A stretch of DNA of 63,578 nucleotides, filler included, from Octopus bimaculoides (GCF_001194135.2; 5 parts of 5 records of this genome joined end to end with filler, not necessarily neighbours in it); one strand, 5' to 3'. Positions 1 to 13,165 are shown, counted from the first letter of the whole stretch. The notes: generated by a model not told the origin, from the sequence alone. Program-made: numbers and translations.

Positions 1-1269
1 CCATTGTCCTTCTTTGAAAAGAAAATTTAAATGTATTAGAAAGCAATTGTTGTCTGACCAGGTTAAAATTTCTAATACAACAAACAAAATATATATTTAT
101 ATGAAAGAAGGGATTTGAAAAAGTAAAAGATGGTAAGTTTCTCAGAAATAATCTGAACGGGTCAAAGTTTTAATATTCTATGCAAGAAAGTATGGTTTTA
201 TTCAATTTTGCCAGCAGAATAGGTCGAAACAATGAAGAGAGAAACAAATTAGTGGTCCGCTCAGTCAAACAGTTTATCAAAGACAGAGAGTAAAACTGGC
301 TGCAGAATTCTCTGCACAGAAAGCAATACAAAGCAGAAAAAAAAAACAAGCTCTCAAACCATTCTCATTGACCAGAAAGATAAACTATTTGTTTCCTGGG
401 AATTTTTCTTGCGCATGAAAAGAAACAAAATTTGTTGTCTTCTTTGTTTACACAATTATGAAAGTATGAACATTAACAAATAAAAAAGAAACATAGTTTG
501 TGAGATCAAATCAAACTCTATTCTTTGTTATTTGTCTCTCTCTTTCACTATTCTAAATATTCGTGCAACTTTCCGGTTTTGTTGTCATATCTGAGAACAC
601 TCCTCAGATATTATCTTGTAAGAGTTAAAATATTAATACCAGAACACAAAGCCACAAACAAAAATAATAAAAAAAATATACTACATTAAATGATTTAACT
701 CTCCTTCGAGCCTCCATTCGAAATTATAATTGTTCCCTCTTTCGTTCTCTCTTCAAAGTCTTATTTTAATTTTTATGGTAGCTTTTTTTTTAACCACTAA
801 AACGTGTATCTACAACTTTGAGAGATTGCTCTAGTTGTCTAGGCAGAAATTTGGGTGAAACAAAGAAAAAGGCAAAAATGAATGACTCCTATTCTTTCAT
901 ACCGAAGTATACAAAAATTGTTACTTGGTCTCTACATCAAAGGAAACAATCTGTAAAGAAGGGTAGGTGATCGATATCTGAATGCTATTAGAATATATTT
1001 GTTTTATGACTTAATTGATTAGCAATGAACCATGTGCATAATTTGTAAACGAATGTTTTGTTTCAAGATTACACCAGTTGATCTCTCTACTTTCATATTG
1101 TAAAGAAATATAAACAATACTGATGTTACTGCTTTATTTCTTCCTTGATTTTGTTTCGTACTTTCGCTCAGTAGAAGATATTCAATAATTTGAGTGAAAA
1201 AAAAATGCATGACAAAATAATAATTCTTTCTAGTAGATGCATAAGGACTGAAATTCTGAAGGAAGAGCT

Positions 1270-1587
1270 TGTCGATTGCATCGATCCCAGAGCTTACCTG
1301 GTACTAATTTTACCGACCCCGAAAGGATGAGAGGCAAAGACGAATTCAGTGGAATTTGAACTCAGGACATAAACCCAAAGGAATTTCGTTCAATATTTTG
1401 TCCTACTTGTTAACCATTCTGCCAGCTCACCGCCTTTTTGAAAACAATAATAATACCCGTTTCATATCATGGTATTTCGTGGGAGGGGGAAATCGATTGC
1501 ATCGACCTCAGTGTTCAACTGGTACATATTTTATCGACTGGGAAAGGACGAAAGGCAATGGTGACTTCGTCGGAATTTGAACTCAGA
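1270..1587 (-). mobile_element. SINE family A, two adjacent degenerate copies (1270-1434, 1481-1587)
   Basis: Reverse complement of the head ggcggtgagctggcagaa...gagttcaaattcc and of the core gcctttcatcctttcggggtcgat...gtaccag...gtcgatgcaatcgac seen in many other copies here. Confidence 0.85.
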
Positions 1588-1865
1588 TCAAAGGAAAAAC
1601 GCGAAAGCTGGCAAGATCAAGCGACACAACAACAAGCCCACTTGTATTACTTCCTGTGATAGACCTTACATACAACTCAAGTTCCAGAGCTCTGGCCAGT
1701 CCTTCTTGCATAGCATTCAGTTATGCCTGTTTCACTTGAACTTTGAACTGTTGTTCCTCTTGCTACCCATTTTACTGTCTGTTTATGCTGCCATCTTCAC
1801 TCTCCGCATTCTTTACATCACCGACTACATACTCCGCGTTCTTTACGTCACTAACTGATACTGTG

Positions 1866-1960
1866 CGTTCTGAGTTCAAACTCCATCAAAGTCAACTTTG
1901 CTTTGCATTCTTTCGAGGTCGAAAAAATAAATGCCATTAATTACTGGGGTCGGTATAATC
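1866..1960 (+). mobile_element. SINE family A internal fragment
   Basis: cgttctgagttcaaac...gtcaactttgctttgcattctttcgaggtcga...ctggggtcgg. Confidence 0.75.
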
Positions 1961-2049
1961 TTCTAACATTCTCTCGCCAAATTTTAGGCCGTGTGCCAAT
2001 ATTCTTTGTCTTATTATTAAAGTTCTAATAATATATATTATTATCAGGT

Positions 2050-2590
2050 CTCATAAATATTCAAGTTTATGATAGGTTGTATCAGAATGTCTTCCACGTA
2101 CATGAACACTTTCATGATAAAACTGACTTCTACTGCAATATGATAATATATCGTAAAAGAAGCTGTTTGTGTGTAGCGTGGGTGGGGACCTATTTTCATA
2201 GTTTACAGTAAATGTTACGAGGTTTATAATGATTTGTAATGTTGTTACACGGTCACGTATGTTATCTAACACCATGTCAGCCCTTCTGAAGCCCTCTAGC
2301 TGTGACCCTCCTGTTAATTTGTTTTCAGACATATGCAGATTTCTTTCTTCAGTATATATCACGATGGCTAGAAATGATATAGATTTGACTTGGCTGTTAC
2401 TTCTAGCTGCTCGTGACTATGTGGAGGAATCCTCTTTGGCTTCGTGACATATTTAATGGTAGAAAGCAATTAGTTTATTGGTGTATTGCATCCTGCTTCA
2501 GTAACATTTGTGATGTGGCTTTTCCTCGCTGCTCTGACCCACTCCATTACCAAATCTCAGAATTTTTGCCTAAAAGTCATGGGGAACACC
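2050..2590 (-). mobile_element. Possible highly decayed Helitron (PIF1-like helicase) fragment
   Basis: Frameshifted minus-strand peptides KILRFGNG, NKLTGGSQLEGFRRADMVLD and EDILIQPI loosely follow the order of Helitron helicase motifs; weak similarity only. Confidence 0.25.
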
Positions 2591-3116
2591 CATAATCAAA
2601 CCATGAAACAAAACGATGAACCTTGACCAAACTACGATAAAAACATTGACCTCTGCTCCAACCATGACAAGAAATTACACAATGGGTTATATTACATAGA
2701 TGTTTTATTGGTGTTCCGTTGGTTTCGAGTTTTCATAACCATTAGGATTTTCATATTTTTATTATTTGTAAAGATATCAACACAATATTATTCATTAGAT
2801 TTATGTCAATTTGTGTATGATAAAAAAAAAAACATGCATCATAAATATGATTATGGTGTCATTGGATTTATTTACTTCCTTCTTTGGCTTTTAGGTGGAA
2901 ACTATGACGTGAGATTCCTACGATTCTATGACACGTTACTGAAATTCGTATCATTAAATGAATATTCAGTGTATTATTCTGGCACTCAGACTTATCTTAC
3001 GAAACACTATTAATCTAGCAATATTCACTTAATACAAACGTCATTCAGAAGAAATCATGAAATCCAATATTGATTGCAGCTTGAGAAGTGTTCTGAAAAC
3101 ATTCAGAAAATTTTGA

Positions 3117-3233
3117 TGAGCTAAGATGACGGGATTTCTCTTGGATTGGAGCAAAATCTTCCAGGAATCCGATTTTTATGAGCTAATATGACGGAATTTC
3201 TTTCGGATTGAAGCAAAATCTTCCAGGGATCCG
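3117..3233. repeat. Two-copy tandem duplication, period ~62 bp
   Basis: tgagctaagatgacgggatttctcttggattggagcaaaatcttccaggaatccg repeated as tgagctaatatgacggaatttctttcggattgaagcaaaatcttccagggatccg. Confidence 0.85.
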
Positions 3234-3519
3234 CTGTCAGTTTGATAAGATCACTAGTGATTTTTAGGATTTTAGAGAAAGAAATATTAGAAATGAATTT
3301 AGTATTTGGTTTTCAGCTAGCAGAATGGATTAAAGCAATGACCAACTGGAGTCCCATATCATCCATCAGTTTCGGAAAGCTACCACACAGATTCCAACTA
3401 AAAACAACATTGGGAATAAAAGGAAAAGTTTATGTTCTTAAAAATGTGTACACTTCGTTTCAAACGATAAATTCTCTGATCGTCATCAGATGTCCTAATA
3501 TCGTATCCAAAACCTAGGT

Positions 3520-3809
3520 TTGTGTGAATGTGTGTGTGTGTGTTTACATGCATCGTGGTTGTGTATGTGTGTGTTTATGCGCGAATGTATCACGGGTTTC
3601 TCTGTGCAGTTTCTCTCTCTTTCGTGTATTGATGTCTGTGTACTTAAATAGTATCTATGAGCATGTGTGAGCGGAGGTGTGTGTATGTGTGTGTGTGTAC
3701 GTGCCTGCGTCTACATCTGTGTGCAAATGCACCATGTTCATGAATGAGTGTGCATGCATGTGCAACTGTGAGCAAGTGTATATATGTTTCAGTGTGTATA
3801 TACGTGTGA

Positions 3810-3845
<36 letters not shown>
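3520..3845. repeat. Degenerate (GT)n microsatellite region
   Basis: Interrupted gtgtgt tracts. Confidence 0.9.
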
Positions 3846-3846
<1 letters not shown>

Positions 3847-4669
3847 TCTACCTGTGTTCTTCGCTCCTCGCACATGCACATCCTTTTCCCTTACCCTTAT
3901 TCTCCTCGTTTACTTTCCACAGAACCTGGCAAAAATGCATTATAATGCCAATCAATGGCGTATGCATGCTTGTTCAGTAATACCTAAGTGACCTATTTCT
4001 CTGTTAAAAATAGATGTGAAATATCCCTGAAATCCCATTCTGCTGTGCAAGACAAAACGGAAGGACATTTTGGATAATAAATTGGATAATAGATTCCCAT
4101 ATGCATTCCGTTCAGTTTTCTCTCGTGCCTCTTAAAATTCGTTTCAAATACAGCTAAAGGAATGAATCTTTCATCCAATAAATAAAAAAAAAACACCTAT
4201 TCCCTTTAGTGTAAATTACAAATTTTATAAGTTTTCCTCTTATTTTGTGATTAAAATTTTGCAGTTTTAAAATAATAAATTAATTAATGATAATTTGTTA
4301 AATTTACTCATAAATAGGTTTTAGGGCCCAGTGGATTTTAATTCCTCGTTACTTTCTGAGCGCATTAACATGTTTCTGAAGCTGTTATTGCATATATCAA
4401 TTTACATATTAAACGCATTCTTGGAACTGGTATGTAAAATACTAATGATTTGTAGGTACGTGGTATTTCGTTATGAAACCATAATAAACTATAAAGTATA
4501 TTATAGATGTTTTCATAGTCAGTTCAAGTTGTAAAAGTCCGCTACCACACGCTTTTCATCGCACGTAAAGTCATTCTACATCTGCCTTAGGATGGTGCAT
4601 TTTATTTATTGTCAACTATTTTCGAATTTTTCTATCAAGCTTACAGATTTCAGTAACTGACCAATTAAT

Positions 4670-7100
4670 AATATTGAAATGTAATTCATGATTGGTATGA
4701 CTAAAATATTAATCGCTTTGAACTTGTTTCTTGCGTTTAGATGTCTTGAGTATTATTCCATCACCTTCATATATCCCTAAGTATTTGTAATCCTCTTCTG
4801 GTTCTAACTCTTTTTCTGTTGGTCAAGTTTAACGTTGGATGTTTCTATCATCTTTCTTCTGATAAAGGTAGTTTTTGTACATTTATCTAGGCCAAATTCC
4901 TTCCTGATGTCGTCACTTAACTGTTTTACAATTGTTAAGCCCAGTAGTTGCTGGTCATTTTTTGCAAAGAGTTTTGAATCATGCAAGTAAAAGAGATGAT
5001 TTATAGTCTCATCAAAAATTCTATAGCCACATTGTACTTCATCGAGCAATTTGGAAAGCGGTATTAAGGTTAGAGAAAAAAAAAGGGGTAATGATAGAGA
5101 ATAACTCTGGAATATGCCATATGAAATTCTTACATCTCCAATATTTAAAGATTCATTCCCATTATTCAAACTAAGTGTAGTTTTCCATGGTTTCATAATT
5201 ATCAGCTAAGAAGTTTCGCAGAGTAGGTGCTATTTGGTAAATTTCCAAACACCTCTCAATCTAGCTATGTAGTAGACTATCAAAAGCATTTCTTATAGTC
5301 TATCAAGGCTACTGACAGGTTCTTTTGTTGTTTGTGACAATCTTTCAAAATCATCTCATTAATGAGAAACTGATCTTTACAACCACAAGACTCACGTTTA
5401 CATCGTTTTTGCTCATTATGGAAGATACCACTTTCTGTTACAAAGTTATAAGTGCATTCAGTCAAGACAGATGTTAGTAGTTTATACATGGTTGTTAAAG
5501 CTGGTTATGAGTCTATAGTTTTTTTTTTTTTTACTCATTTGTCTCTCCATTTTTCGGAAGAAGAAATGTAACACCATTAAGCAGCGAAAGGGGCATCATA
5601 TTAGGTTGCTGCAAAACATTGTTGTAAATTCTTGTCAGCAGTTCATGACTTTCTGAGAAAACATTCAACAAGACGTTAGGAATTTTTCCTTTCCTGGAGA
5701 CTTCCATTTGCTTGATTTTCTGAGAGCAGATCCGACATACTCTACCTTGATACCCTCCCACATTTGCTTTTCTAAAGAGGCTGTATCAGTAGATACTCTA
5801 TTAATCCAAGGGGCCTTTTTATTGTACGGGTTTTCTTCTGCCCAAATTTTACTCCAAAATTCATGCATTTCTTTTGATGGGATAGACTTTACTGTAACTG
5901 ATATTTTATCTTCCGGTAAAAACATTTTGAATTATTTTTAAACGTTGTTCTAGAAGAACCCTGCGCGCTTTTCATACCGTGCTATGCGGGCAGCTTTTGC
6001 TTGATAGTTTTTATTGAGGTATGGATTTCATATACTTTTTCTTTAATTTTCGTATTTTTATTGGTTTGATACTCTTGTCAGATTTAAAGTTTTGTCAAAC
6101 TGAAACAATTGAATTTGTTGTTGGATACGCTCTTGCCAAATAGGCTTTTTGTGGGAATGTTGTTGTTTTCTAATCTTTTTACCACATAGAATCGTTGAGA
6201 TCTGATCCTAGCATATGCATAAAACAGATGATTGAAATCTGTTATATTAACATCATTAGCTGAAATTATATCTTTAAGTGCTACGCGGATTTTACCAATT
6301 ACTTTCCGGTTTTGCTTAGATTTGCCAAATTTTAGGAGAATGTCACGTTCATCCATACTGGTTTCCTTAATTTTCAGCCATTCAATGGCGATTTGATTTT
6401 TGGGGTCAATTTCTGTGAGATTTTCATCTATTTGATTTTAATCTTAATATTTATGGCTGTTTCAGAAAGTATTTCACTTTGCTTATTAGTTGAGTACGTA
6501 AATTGATTAATTACGCAAGAGCTCAAATATATTTCCAATCATATATTCATATTAATATCCACAGGGCTACACATACACCTCAATGTGTACACAACTACGT
6601 GAATTTTACACGACATTAATGCGTTTTCATCAGACCTAGGTTGGTCTATAATTATTTCTTCATTAGTATCTTCTTTAGCTGCACTTCGTTCCTTTTATCA
6701 CTTACTGATTGTTTAATCTGGTCAATTTTTAATTCAGTTAGCAATTTCTTTTTTATAAGGTTTCTTCTGACATTAGCAAGTTTGTTCCATTCTAGGTAGG
6801 ATCTTCATCTTACTTCAAGATGCTTCTCTCTCCAGTTTAAGTAGGTTTGTTCAGTATTAAACATGTTTGTGGGGAAATACATGGCACAATAGAGGGCCTT
6901 AAGAGCTTCTTTATTATCTCCCTTGGACTATCTTTCATTCCTTTTCTTTTGATTATTTGATGATGAGCATGGATGGCCATCTGTTGGAATATTCCGGCTG
7001 TTGGGTACTTCCAGCTTCTGAGTTTCGGGAATATTTGAACTAATAGCTGTTTTTTTCGCCCCCAGTGTGAATTTCGCTTTGCTATCATTGATACATGAAG
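4670..7100 (-). mobile_element. RLE-type non-LTR retrotransposon (R4/Dong-like), N-terminal region plus reverse transcriptase, frameshifted, 3' part missing
   Basis: Minus-strand peptides in RT order: EFWSKIWAEE, EQKRCKRESCGCKDQFLIN, LIDYKKCF, GIFQSYSLS (decayed QGDSLS), HLFYLHDSKLFA (decayed YMDD), FGLDKC, YKYLG; upstream LEWNKLANVRRNLIKKKLLTELKIDQIK-type N-terminus. Confidence 0.88.
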
Positions 7101-7324
7101 AGCGTGGACGTTGACATTAGGGGACAGATCTGTTCGTTTTGCGCTAATTTTTTAAGACAACACAGCCACCGAGTTCTTTGAATGAAAACGTTTCTCGTAA
7201 AGTAATTCCATGAGGCTCACTGACTGATATTTGCCTCTATTTGTTGTTGACAGATTTATCTCCAGACATAGTTATTTTGTAATTTTTGAAACTTAGGGAT
7301 TGTTCGCTCTGTCTGTGTTAGTTC

Positions 7325-7876
7325 GAAGAGAATCGTTAGTACAAAATGCTTAGCGTTATTTCGCCAGTCGCTACGTTCTGAGTTCAAATTCTGCCAAGGT
7401 CGACTTTACTTTTCATCCTTTCGGGGTCGATAAATTAAGTATCAGTGAAACACTGGGGTCGATGTAATCGACTCATCCCCTCCTTCCAAATTACAGGCCT
7501 TGTGCCTTTAGTAGAAAGGATTATTATTGTTATTAAGGCGGTGAGTTGGCAGAATCGTTAGCACACCGTGTAAAATACTTAGTAGTATTTCGTCCGTCTT
7601 TACGTTCTGAGTTCAAATCCCGACGAGATCGACTTTGCCTTTCATCCTTTCGAGATCGATTAAATAAGTACCAGTTGAGCACTGGTGTCGATGTAATCGA
7701 CTTAGTTCCTCCCCACAAATTTCAGGCCTTGTGCCTAGAGGAGAAAGAATTGTTATAATTAGTAAGCCTGCGGGCAAATAGAATCGTTAGGACGCCGGGC
7801 AAAATGTTTAGCGGGTTTTTTGTCCGCCTTCCTTGACTCAGTTCAAATTCCGTCGCGGTCGACTTCGCCTTTCAAG
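7325..7876 (+). mobile_element. SINE family A, three head-to-tail copies (7325-7524, 7537-7757, 7766-7876)
   Basis: Pol III-like A box tggcagaatcgttag and B box gagttcaaatcc; core gactttgcctttcatcctttcg; tail caggccttgtgcct..gtagaaaggattatt. Confidence 0.92.
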
Positions 7877-8040
7877 CTTGTTAAATACTTGTCTTGATTT
7901 GCAGGTATCTGAGATCTATAACAAAGTACCATAGAGACAGTCACATTTGCATATAGATTGACAAACATACTCTTAGACATACAAGCAGATATACATCGAA
8001 CGTACATATACATAGTATAGATACATGCATATGACATATA

Positions 8041-8180
8041 AACTCATAGAGGTTAATTGTCTTGTAGATGTGAACATCTCTTTCAAAACCAGAGAAAATG
8101 AGAATATCTATGGACAACTGCATCGAATCCTGCTGCTCTTCTATCCTCGTTTTATGCCAATACTCATGGTTGCATTTTCA
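8041..8180 (+). mobile_element. R4/Dong-like LINE fragment (RLE region), CATA-associated subfamily
   Basis: tcatagaggttaattgtcttgtagatgtgaacatctctttcaaaaccagagaaaatgagaatatctatggacaactgc aligns with 45840-45930. Confidence 0.75.
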
Positions 8181-8752
8181 CATGTCAGTAACTGATTAAA
8201 TGAGAATCTAGAATTTCCCGTCAAATATACTCACTCAGGCAGCAGCGGGGGGGGGGGGGCAGTGACGACGACGACGGCGGCGGTGGTGGTGGTTGGTGGC
8301 GAAGAGGAAGAACAGAAAAGAATGTCACCCATAGTTTGGTGAATGAACAAAACCATAACTTCTTGTTTTATGTTTATTTTGCTGGAAACTAACTAAACAC
8401 TAAAAACTACAAATTAAAGACTTCAAACAAGATTGTGGATGATATAATAAAATATCTCCAACAGAACAAAGATGTAACTTTTAACTAGATATATCTAAAA
8501 TATAAAATGCATTATTATTTATATTATTATATGTTAGAATTTCCTGTCTGTGATTCGATCATTGTGCAAATCTGTGCAGAATGTTGTATTTCATTGCAAC
8601 TTGTTGCCCGTAAAAGACAATACGCTGTGTAAATTGATGCCATTTTCTTGGGCATCATTGGTCTGTGGCAGGAAATTTAATTCAAAGATGGAAAATTAAA
8701 CCTGATCAAACCGGCCATGAGTGTTAAATCGACTGACAGAAATGTCAAATCG

Positions 8753-8782
8753 AGAGAGAGAGAGAGAGAGAGAATGAACGAG

Positions 8783-8824
<42 letters not shown>

Positions 8825-8858
8825 ATAGTAATAGTAGTAGTAGTAGTAGTAATAGTAG
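8753..8858. repeat. (GA)n and (GTA)n microsatellites
   Basis: Direct inspection. Confidence 0.95.
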
Positions 8859-9409
8859 CAGATAGTCTTCTTTAAACAGTTAAGGATTTGACAAGAGTGA
8901 GAGAGAGAGAAAAGGCGAAGCTGTGAAGTTAGCTGAATAGTTTTGATTCAGTCATGTGTATAACAGTGTTTAATTACCTGAACATTTTTACGTGAAAAAC
9001 GTCCAAGAATCTTTCAACTTAAATTCAAATCTTCTGGCTTCAAATGGCAAAAATTTGAGGAGGAAGATGAACTACACAGAGTGAATATAGAAGTTCAATA
9101 CAGCCTATCGTCCACCACCACCACCACTACCACCTTTCCGTCACGTTTCTTTCCGTTCTGATTTCAAATCCCATTATTGTTGATGTACCCTTTCATCCTT
9201 CTGCGGTGTTTTGTTTAGCCCCAGGTCAGGCCTGGCTAAGCAGGCTCATATTTCAAAAATACTCCAGCTTTGATCATTCCAATGTTGCCGTCCTATTTTA
9301 TGATGCTAGGTAACGGTATCCAGGCATTTGGATGCTAATTCCAATGGGTCAAGCTAACTCAGGGTTCATTACTGATATACCAGTCAATTTGGATATTAAT
9401 CAATCAACC

Positions 9410-10000
9410 ATTTCACTCCTCCAAATATGCCTGGCCTTTACTAATATGAAGAGTCATTGAAATAGCAATAATAAAGTGCCTCACCGAAAATCTTTTTGTT
9501 GAAACAGAGCGTCTATGAGATCTCTTAACTTGATAGAAATCGAAGCGAAGACTCCCACAAATGGTAATTGTCGTGTTAAACAAGAATGATTTATGCGTGG
9601 CACTTTTCTGCAAAAACTCAATATTTGGGGGAAGATCACGGCTTAAAATCTTTGATCATAGATCTGCATACTGAAACTGACTTGAAACTAAACAACACCA
9701 GGAAAGAACAACAGCCACTGGGTAGCTTTCAGCTGAATCTCATCTGCTACAGAACCAGGCCCCTATTGTGAAAGTAAATACTTTCCACCAGTACTTCTTT
9801 TTCTTTCCTTTTGCTACCACCTGACTTAGCTTCTTCAATGAACCCATAAACATATGATCTTAGATCTTTATTTTCATCCAATAGTTCATTTATGTTTTGT
9901 GGAATCTATTTTGAAACATTTCCTCTGAAAAAACAGAGCAGCACTCTCACTCTTTTTAAAATTTTTACAGTGTCTCCATTATTCATGGGTTGAAAGGAGA
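9410..10000 (-). mobile_element. Decayed Helitron-like PIF1 helicase fragment
   Basis: Minus-strand peptides LRSYVYGFIEE, VADEIQLKATQWLLFFPG and FIIAISMTLHISKGQ resemble Helitron helicase motifs (L..VY..I; ..EIN...L..FPG; AFAMTIHKSQGQ) in the expected order. Confidence 0.45.
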
Positions 10001-10793
10001 AAATTATTTCCCCCAAATTCTCTAACAGTGTCATTCCAGAACCAACTAGAACAGTTAATGCAGCTAACGAATTATGACTACTACTCCAGTAATTAGAAGG
10101 CAAAAAGCAAAAAGCATGATATTCGAGATGCCTTTCTCATTAGAGATGCAAAGTGATACCCCGATTAGCGAATTATAAGCTTTACTCTGTGTTGTACTTC
10201 ACCTACTTGAAGCATATAGCATCTCTGGAAAGTACGAAAACCAGATTTGCGTTCTGGAAGAAGCGTCTATTTCAGTTCGATCATTTGCATATTCTCCGCT
10301 CGAATGATGACCACAGCCAAGAAGTTCAATTTGAATATGTTTGGGAGTTCACCATTTCAAAACCCTAAACCAACATCGAAGGGAGTTCTCAGGACATCAG
10401 ACATCTAAACGAAAAATCCTAACTGGTTTCAGGAGTGATAATGAGAACAGCCTCTACTGGAAAAGAACTTCATGATCTTAAAGAATGTGCTTGTGCGCCA
10501 ATCACATTTCCAATGAAAGAACCGAGGCTAGAAAGCAGAGATTTCTTTCTCTATTAGTGGACAATTTGAAAATATCAGGACATGCAGGCATAGCCACTCA
10601 TATATAGATATACATATTCTGTGCTTAAGCAGTAGCTTGGCCAGAATTATTATACAAATGAATCATTATGTATATATGTATGTGTTTAAATATGTCATTG
10701 TAGATTTTTGTGTAGACGTCTACGTGTATATATGTTTGTGTATACGTGTGTAGCGATGTCTCTGTGTATGTTCTGCGCATCTCTCACACATAC

Positions 10794-10825
<32 letters not shown>

Positions 10826-12066
10826 GTGTGTGTGTGTATGTGTAAGTGACTCTAAGTGTGTGTACCTTTGTGTGCGTTTTACGTGTGTGTAGGTGCGCGC
10901 CACCTTGCGGGCGATCGTGCGTTTGTGGCTATCTATGTAATCTTTGATGTGACAATTGCTTACGCAGTCAGGAATAATTTTATCGCTACAGATTCGTAAT
11001 CGTTCCTCGAATAGAGACACAGATATAATAGCTGTAATGTGTCTCTTCACTTCGCCAGTTAAGCATGTCTTAGTTTAACTATAGTAGAGAATTCTACCAT
11101 TTGAGAATCGGTTAAAGATTCATTGTACACTCTGCACACCCGATTTAGTAATTCCCAATTCCCTCATTTCATTTCTAATACAACACTTCGAAAATAATCT
11201 AACTATTCTTTTGCCATTTTGGTTCGAGACCTTTGGAAATTTATCGATTTACAATAAGTTTTACATGGCAAAATATTTTAGTGTGAGTAGTGAGAGATTT
11301 TTTGGAAGGTGAGGAGAGGTAGCCACGGTTCGATTTTCAGTGGTAGTTCTTTCTCTTCTCTTACTTTTGACATAAAATGTTATCTATGGAAGAGAATGAC
11401 TTGAACAATATAGTTTACCTCCTGGAAATTAACTAAAGTGGACCTTCTACAATATTTCTTGCACTGCTTGAAGCAGCAGCTAAATTTACTTCATATTACC
11501 GTTCTAAAAGATAGGAAGGACACAATGAATAATAGTAAATACGAAATGCCTGAAAAACATTATTGTCACGGCTCCAAGGATTTGGATCACAGGTTGACTT
11601 CACCAGGACTGAGCTGAAGCTAAACAACAACAGCAACAATCAGTGGTCAAGCTGTTCGTATATTGTCACTTGTAGTTTGACTACATTTGGGAATTAATTT
11701 AAGAAACGGCGGTTCTTGGTGACTCAGATTTTTTATTCAAATCCAGAGATATTCACGTTACTAAATAAGAATATGACTTTCGTTTGTTTCTAGTAACTCT
11801 GGTTTTTATTCCATAATATACTTATCAATAAATGTACCTCTCATGCACATGCCATAGCACGTGTTCCCATGTAATGTCAATAACATTACACGGCGTTGTC
11901 ATTTAACTGCTGTGTGATTGTCTTTTTTTCATTTTACATCAATCTATCTTAATCTACTTCTACTTTTGTGCTCTTTTCAACCGCAATTGATCTACTGAAT
12001 CTACTTGCACTATTTTCATGCTTCTTTTCAACCGCAATTGATAATATGGTTTACATATGGAGTAAG

Positions 12067-12712
12067 GGCTTGATTCATCCACATTCTTTGTGCTATATTT
12101 GTGGAGAGTGCACATCTAAAGAATATTTATAACTGTTTTGAAAAATGCATCCTTAAGCTATTTCAAATTCAAATTGCATTTTGAAATTGTAAAACCTGAG
12201 TTGAGCATCTGCGGTAGTGAATTAATGGCCAGAAGAAATGTCTGAGGTTTGGTTTAGCATGGACCAGATAGAAAAGAGAACTACAATGACGACTGCTATT
12301 TCTGCCTGATTAACAGCTATTAGCAGGGTATTAATGAATGTACCCTGATCTCGACTCGGCAGAACAACCTGTTTCACACTCACTTAAAATATCTATCCCA
12401 TCAGTCACACATTTGGAAGAGCTCCCTCAAGATGAATCTTTAACTCCTGCTGTACATGGGAGCAAAGTGATAGTGATTTTGAAGAAACTTCATCAGTAGC
12501 AGAATTTTTGCTCAGCTAGAGCAAAATGACCTCATTAAGGAGTTAAATCTCAAACCGAAATCAGAGTTGTTGGTACCCAGGCTAGCAGAAATGTACTTAT
12601 TACAAACGGGAGCAAACTTCACATACTGACGCGATAAGGAAAACATTTACTGCATCTCTGGGACATAAATGATTTAATTTTATTCAACGATGTTCAAAAA
12701 CTTGTTGATGAA
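12067..12712 (+). mobile_element. Chapaev3-like (CMC superfamily) transposase N-terminal relic
   Basis: Frameshifted peptides CYICGE (12091), CKT*VEHLR, DDCYFC (12288), YPDLDSAEQPVSHS, FAQLEQNDLIKELNLKPKSELLVPRL match the Chapaev3 motif series CYICGE / DCYFC / YP.L.SA..PV.H / ELNDL.RDL.L.K...ELL.SRL; family name from memory. Confidence 0.72.
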
Positions 12713-12904
12713 AACGGCCTTATCAGAATATGTACCAAATAAGCGTGACTAAAAAAAAAAAAAAAGACCAGTTCTCGCATCTGATTGTTTGTGTAGTTGC
12801 ACAACAAAGGGGACAACGATATAAGAAAAAAGAACTGAAAATGGGAAATCCTCAACAATTTGCTTAAAACTTACATCAAACCTAGAACTGTTATATATTC
12901 TATC

Positions 12905-13165
12905 GATCTGAGCGGCATTTCATCGCAACCTAAAAATATGCCGTTAAGCATTTTGTCCAGCGTGGTAAAGATTTTGCCCGCTTGTCGCCTTATGATAATT
13001 CTAATTTTGATCGGAGGCCAACAATTTTAGGTGGGGAGGTTAGTCGATTTCATCAAACCTAGTGTTCAACGGATTTACTTTATCACCCCTGAAATGATGA
13101 AAGGTGAAGTTGAACTTGGTGTGATTTGAACTCGGAACGTAAAGAACCAGAAGAAATGCGTGGCG
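12905..13165 (-). mobile_element. SINE family A, two old degenerate copies
   Basis: taagcattttgtccagcgtggtaaagattttgcccgcttgtcgcc (head); gatgaaaggtgaagttgaacttggtgtgatttgaactcggaacgtaaag (core). Confidence 0.7.

Noticed and set aside
260-345. Peptide RQRVKLAAEFS resembling a P-element transposase motif
   Set aside because: A single short motif with no convincing flanking motifs in any frame.
587-611. 9-bp stem-loop atatctgag/ctcagatat and similar short hairpins (22254-22336, 46650-46670)
   Set aside because: Short AT-rich stems are expected by chance in 63 kb.
1650-1810. Minus-strand LNAMQEGLARALELELY ending at a GTAAGG donor
   Set aside because: In-frame stop just upstream, no acceptor, no recognisable protein.
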